Below, piece after piece: positions 57,801-64,000 of a DNA stretch of 64,000 nucleotides. The first letter of the stretch is position 1, and each line of letters begins with the position of its first letter. The notes under the pieces are model-generated. The model saw nothing but the letters and a program-made list of their open reading frames with translations. It ran no database searches and had not been told where the DNA came from. This DNA is from Ylistrum balloti (Eukaryota). A program made the translations under genes and the position numbers. Where the stretch lies: assembly GCF_031769215.1 (NCBI RefSeq), contig NW_026782196.1, positions 930,001 through 994,000 of the forward strand, read 5' to 3'.

Positions 57801-60534
57801 TTTACCTACATACAACTATATTACACAAAACAACATCAAAACAACGGTTTCGTTTTATTCACTATTCATCAACAATGATGTATATATCACATGTCTAACA
57901 TTATTTTGCGAAAAAAATCTAGAAAATTGTCTATTGCATGAAAACCAGTACTAATTCATTCAATCCATCAATATGTGCTGTCAATATATCAGATAAAACA
58001 TTGGAGACACCTGTAATTTAATTACAATATAGGACACAAGGAAACTTACCAATTAAAACATACAGAAAACAAACTACTACCTAGCTAGGAGCTGTGATCG
58101 CTCAGTCGGTGCCTGAAGATTTGAAGAACTAGTTTAACACTTTCTATTAAGCAACATAATTACTGATACAATGTATATGATGAAATTAATAATGTTGATA
58201 ATGTTGTATTCAACCTAATAAGATTAATTACCCCCCCTTTAGCACAATCAAACTTTTTGTCTGAGAAAAAGGATAGATGCGTTATATTAAATCTTGTAAA
58301 ATGTGTGACTCACTTCACTGATCTACCAATAAGTAGACTTTTAACTCTTTGTCATTTATTTACTCAGTAGGTTATTTACATCTCAACTCTACATTGTGTC
58401 CTCTGTTGCCAAAGTTTCATTTCTAACTGATTTCATATGGAATCTTTTCACAGTATATAAATCAAGAATACTGTAAACAAACATATGTTAGCGGTAGCCT
58501 TAATTTAGCACTGTAAGTATTGAAAATATTGCACTAAACTGTGATTACAATAATTGCGGTTCACCTTGTTTACATACATCATAGTAATTATCATAGGTAA
58601 GCAGATCCTTCATTGTGCTAATTTGTCAGTAAGTGACATTACATTTGAACTTCATTGTGCCAAATTAAATACATTCACACTACCTGTGATCTTTTTGGCT
58701 GAATACAGTAAGGTCAGCTGATAGCAACAAGGAGTAGAACACACCAGAACTGTGGTCAGTATAGAACACATACCTAGTGTATAAATACATCAAAAACACA
58801 GGTTATGTATAGAGTCAGTGTATAAAATCCTCTGACAGATGACAGTGTATCCCTAAGTCTCATTGTACAATGTAAAAACACCAAGAAAATATGCATCATT
58901 TACAGACATCAACTCATTAGTCAGGTTTGGATTTGTTGTAGTATATATGTACATTAAAATGGACAGAAACTTCACACCAAACCGAGTCAGCCACATTTCA
59001 ATCAGAAAATCTCAATATTTGCTATTTATTGACAAGTTATATATTGCAGTAGAATTAATCTCAATAATTGTATAGGTAACCAAGAGGTATAAAACAATAC
59101 ATAGTAAACCTGTACTCCAGTACGCTTTCTGTCATGGTTTACACACAGCCTCAACATACAACATGGTTAAATCCGTGCAGAAATACAATAACAGGAAGTT
59201 ATTTGGCAGTAAAATACTGATCATTGTATCAGGAAAGTACACCACAATATCCAGGTTTTATGTACTTGTTAAAAAAATAACTTCACAGCAAGTATTCTCC
59301 TTTTATCAAACAGACCCTAACAGCTCACTTAAGAACCAACAGTGTTTCTGATCTCTGAGCAATGGTTCAAAGATAACAAAGCAAGGTTTGAGTGTCTTGT
59401 GTATGAACATAAATTTGGATCCCAGGTTATGCGAAATAAGATTTAAATTTCAATATATGCTTGCAAAAAAAAAAGTTTAGATTGTGATACATGCAATTCA
59501 ATATTTTTGGAAAAAAGAAAAGATCTTTTGTGTACATTAATCTATAAAAAGCAAATTTTAAAGGAATGAAACACAACAGACCACCATGATCTTGAGTTAT
59601 TGTAAATAATGTAGTTACAAATCAACAATGACAATAAATTAAAATGGTTTTGGTTGATGTTTTCCTGTTAAAAGGCTCAAACAATCTCAGACTCAAGTGT
59701 ACAAGACAATGAAATAAGTCATTACATTTGTGAAGAACTGAAATATATGGGTGGGCTTATTACATGACATGAGCCCATTCCTGTATAGAAACATCCTTCT
59801 AGATATATACTTAAAATTAAATTGTGAGTATTTGTAGGATTAACAATAATGGTGTCAGACTTTCAACATTTTATATAAAACAGCTTTGACCCTGATAAGA
59901 GAAACAAACTTATAGTACAAACTATTCCGTTAAACTGAGTACCCCTCTAATCTGAGTTCTACATAAGATTATTTTTTATTAGACTTCAGAATCTCCATCT
60001 TACAAACACAACATCTTACAATATGCCTTAATGTAAAATGTTGCCAAAATGATAATTTTTTCAAGATGTACACACACACTACCTAGATCAGAAGTTAAAT
60101 GGCTGTGAATCTTCTAGCATGTTTTCAAATTTATATTTTCACATATTTTTTGTCAAATTAATCTCTTCAAATTTGTTAACATAGAAATATAAACATTTAA
60201 TCATGATTTTAGACGATTCCTCTTGTTTTATGAAGAGTTATAGATTCCTGTGCCAGATTTCTCTCTGAATTTCATTCACAACCTTTAAAATCAATCAATG
60301 TCTTACCAGCAGTACATAATAAAATATACATATTATGCTGTAAAAATGGCACATGTCACTTACTAAAGAATGCAATATTCTAAGCCTTTTTTGCACAAGC
60401 ACATTAGTCATTTTCATTTTTTCACATACTTCAATTTAGTCACTAACCATGTATTTATAGCATAATTACGATACTGCTGTAGTTCTTCTGTAAAGTTTGA
60501 ATAATAATAATGACACATATTATCATGAAAACTT

Positions 60535-60622
60535 CATATATCTGATCTTTGACACATTTTTTCATATTTCTGACCTTTGACACAATTTTTTCATATATCT
60601 GACCTTTGACACAATTTTTTCT
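60535..60622. repeat. ~30-bp tandem repeat, 3 copies
   Basis: catat(a/t)tctgacctttgacacaattttt recurs. Confidence 0.8.
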
Positions 60623-62444
60623 CTGCAAAGTCTATAAATTATAAGTAATGAAACAGAAGAATGATCAGAAATATATCAGCAATGTAAAATATTTCTTATA
60701 ACAAAAAAATCTGTAACATACAAATTATCAAACTATATCATTTGTCACAAATGTTGTGTATCAAACAACCATTTTCAATGATGAAAATAGAAATCATCTT
60801 TTCATTAACTAATACTCATTAATATGCTACATGTACAGGTATAACACATACAATCTCATTAACTACAGGATACATGTACCTCATGTACCATACGATAAAA
60901 ATCTAGAGACAGTTATTGCCATTCAAAGTAAATATCTGCATATGTATCTGTATAACATCAGGTAACTTTATTCACATTAATTTGACTAGGTCAGAATAAA
61001 AATGATTCAGTTCACAGGAGAGTTAGTTGAACTAATAAATTTGATAATGAAAATTTACATAGATAATAAAGTGATAATTTATAGAGGATGTTCACTGTGA
61101 GATGTAAGCTTGTGCAAATAAATTTTAATAAATATGGAAACAACCCGAGTCTGAAACTGTAATATCAGATGACAATGAAAATTTATCTTCACTCAAGAAA
61201 TTAAATTCTTCACAATCAGATAAATAAAACCATGTTTTAAGTGTATGAAATTATAGGCTTAGTGAGGCTCAATACAGATCTAAAATAAGTCACAGGAACA
61301 CTGTAAATGAATGCAAAATGGTTTTATAATAATCACCTAAAACAGCAATGAATTTCTAGTGGTAAACAAAATGTGTAAAGACCTACATCTTAACTGTAAC
61401 TGTGTCCAGCTTCTGCCTTATAAACAAACCTTAAAAAACATCTTGTCAATCATTAAAGAATTCCTTGTTTATCTTCACATTTATGGGAAATTTTGACTTT
61501 TTGCCAATATTTTGGCATGATTCCTTTATGATTATTAAAACAATTAAAATTTTACTACTTAATACCTTAATTTGTAACATTGTAAAACTGTAGTAAAAAA
61601 AATTCTACACTAAATTATTCCTGAAGTGTACTTAAGTTCTTTGTAAGAAATAAGAACCTTCATTTGCGTTTTATGGTGCAATAGAAAATATTTGATTTTA
61701 ATGAAAGTCACTAGTATTTTTCTGTTCTTCTGAGCTTTGAAAATTAATTTCAACAAAAAAAAAAAACCCCAAAAAACAAAAAACAAAAAAAAGTCATATA
61801 GTAAACATATAGGTTTCTATTTAATCCTTATTTTTTTTTAAACAAAACTAATGTCATTACCTTACTGCTAACATTTTCTAAATTTCTAAACTATTACCAG
61901 AATTGTGGTATGTGTAAAAAGTAGCATTTTCTTGAGTTCTGTTTCTGATTTCCTAATCAACACCGAAATTTATTAAGAATGAAAAGTCAAACCTGCCCTA
62001 AAGGCCACCTTTATAAATACCTGTGTATAAAGGTCATTCACTAGTTTAGGGTTCCAGTACAAATGGGAGTAACTGAACCTTGTTAGAAAAGTCATCTGTC
62101 AATGAAGTCCACTTTTAACTACTCCCTTTACTGACCTTTATAGACAGGTTTGATACTTTTGAATAAAAGACATGAACCAGGGTAGTTCTGGCCTGATATC
62201 ATTATCAAGCAAATGTGTAACTAAATCTACATAAATATAGCCTTTTCTTTAGTACAAGTCATTTTCTAAATACTCATGATCTGGTTTTCATTACTTGTAT
62301 CATCAAACAAGAATTTTTTTATTCAATAGTTGACAAAATTGTAGGAAAAGCAGAAAGCTAGAATGAGATTCCTGTTTCAAAAGTTTCATGACCATATTAC
62401 AAATACTGTACAAACATAAATGTATGATGCCAGATCTATTTGCT

Positions 62445-63395
62445 CTAAGCCCTGAACTTACTAGGATGTATGACATACTCTACAGAACAACCAGACTTAC
62501 TCCTGTGCCTGGCCAAGCCTGACTGCCATTTGTATGTTTTACCACAGGAACATGTATGTAGTTTCTCTGTCTCACCATGTTTCCCTTCAATGTGAACTTT
62601 TAAGTCTCTCTTGCGTTTGAATTCTGATGGACACTGATCACATTTATAGATCTCTATCTCAGTGTTCATGCAGAATTTAGCATGTTGATGTAAGCTGTTT
62701 CTCCAGGAGAATTTAGCATGACACTTCAAACACTGGTAGCTCTTCCTTTGAGCATGGGATGTCATGCAGTGGTCAAGATATAGCTGATATTTGTCATATG
62801 ACCTTCCACACCACTCGCACCTGTAGCTGAGCTCAGACGATGCTGGTCGTGACAGAGATTCCTGTGTCAGTTGGCGAGAACTGGATTCTGTATGGAATGG
62901 GGAATTGTCTAACATGCCATTTGATGTGAGATTCTGAGGATCAAGTCTATGTTTTTGAGGAACAGGATCTTGTGTATGTTTGTTATGGACAAGGTCATGA
63001 CCCCTTGATACAAACGTTTCCTCTCCATGATTTGTACAGTAATGATGCTGCAGGCTGTACTGATCAGTAAATATTATATCACATAATCTACAGCTCTGTT
63101 TCTTACCACGATGAGACCTGGAGTGCTTCAGCATGCTTTGCCTGATTCTTGTCTGGTAACCACACACCTTACACTGGTACATAACTCCTTCTGGTGTGTT
63201 CAAGGTCACTACCTGGTCAAGGTCATCACGATGATCACCAGAATCATCTGGTATTAGAGGTGTGAATGTATTAGTGCGGGAAGTCTCAGCCGTTGTGTTA
63301 TCATATAGCTTGTGTGATATGACCGAGGTGTATGCTTGTGTGTTTGACTTAGTTGGTGAACAAGTAGATCTGCTGTTGGCTTCCTTAACATCTTC
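62445..63395 (-). CDS. Terminal coding exon of a zinc-finger protein (six fingers in 2+4 arrangement; two end in Cys, C2HC type); upstream exons lie outside the window
   Basis: The frame is open from the acceptor tttcttattag|GAA at 63395 (phase 0) to the stop at 62445. Repeated CxxC-x12-HxxxH/C motifs, e.g. YQCKVCGYQTRIRQSMLKHSRSH and YKCDQCPSEFKRKRDLKVHIEGKH. Confidence 0.88.
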   Translation of the reverse strand, partial: EDVKEANSRSTCSPTKSNTQAYTSVISHKLYDNTTAETSRTNTFTPLIPDDSGDHRDDLDQVVTLNTPEGVMYQCKVCGYQTRIRQSMLKHSRSHRGKKQSCRLCDIIFTDQYSLQHHYCTNHGEETFVSRGHDLVHNKHTQDPVPQKHRLDPQNLTSNGMLDNSPFHTESSSRQLTQESLSRPASSELSYRCEWCGRSYDKYQLYLDHCMTSHAQRKSYQCLKCHAKFSWRNSLHQHAKFCMNTEIEIYKCDQCPSEFKRKRDLKVHIEGKHGETEKLHTCSCGKTYKWQSGLARHRSKSGCSVEYVIHPSKFRA

Positions 63396-64000
63396 CTAAT
63401 AAGAAACAAAAAAACTTAAATCAATTCCTCTGTTTAATGCAACAGAATTTTTTCCTTAACCATGCATATATAATTTGGTGAAACCATTTCCCTCCTAATC
63501 CATAAAAGGGCTTTTTGAATATAAGCCTATACATTATATTGGTTACATCTTGTCATGTTTATAATATACCTACAGCTGTAGGAATTCTCCATTCTGATCT
63601 ATAATTTGGATAAATATATACCAAAGCGAAAAAAGAAATCTCGTAAACATATAATGAAATAGGACTGAAAATTGTTCTGTTTTCAAGTTATATTAACTGA
63701 ATTACTTTTTATTCTGATTACAAACCTTGACTTTAACTGCTATCATAGAAGACATTTCTGAAGAATCTGAAAAAAGCACATTACACAATATATATATATT
63801 TAAGGAAAATGTAGTCTCATAATTTTACAAACCTGTATGCTTTTTCTTTGTTTTGTTTTCTTTTTTTCACGTGTGTATCAATATCAAATGCAAAACTTTA
63901 AATGTTTAAAAAATATTTTCATTTCACTTTGGCTAATACATTCAAAGAAAACACAGCTTTTCACTTTAGGAAGAAAGTAAGAAAAAATTTCAGTTTAACC

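Overview
AT-rich animal genomic DNA with spliceosomal GT-AG introns, probably a bivalve-like mollusc (inferred from gene and repeat types). Four genes can be reconstructed by hand. (1) A minus-strand, 11-exon type I membrane protein (12819->2085, ~479 aa) with a degenerate F5/8 type C (discoidin) domain and a Thr-rich stalk. (2) A two-exon, divergent Ro60/TROVE2-like gene (19562-22567, ~521 aa) that has lost the vWA MIDAS motif. (3) A complete 23-exon receptor guanylyl cyclase of natriuretic-peptide-receptor type (23565-52948, ~1033 aa), with all intron phases consistent. (4) The terminal exon of a minus-strand C2H2 zinc-finger gene (62445-63395). Introns and intergenic DNA hold many unrelated 30-60 bp minisatellites, a 5'-truncated LINE with a nested MITE, Penelope-like RT remnants and a tRNA-derived SINE. 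The most striking signal is a 45-bp tandem repeat in cyclase intron 2 (32935-33470). It is an array of minimal type I hammerhead ribozymes in the sense orientation, several with an intact core and a palindromic loop III. An inverted, mostly core-mutated array of the same family lies in intron 19 (50011-50806). A second theme is that several repeats are seeded exactly on splice sites. One duplicated acceptor would give a secreted cyclase ectodomain, and one donor array would give a membrane-tethered, cyclase-less receptor. All gene models and RNA folds were derived by eye and have not been checked against databases or RNA data.
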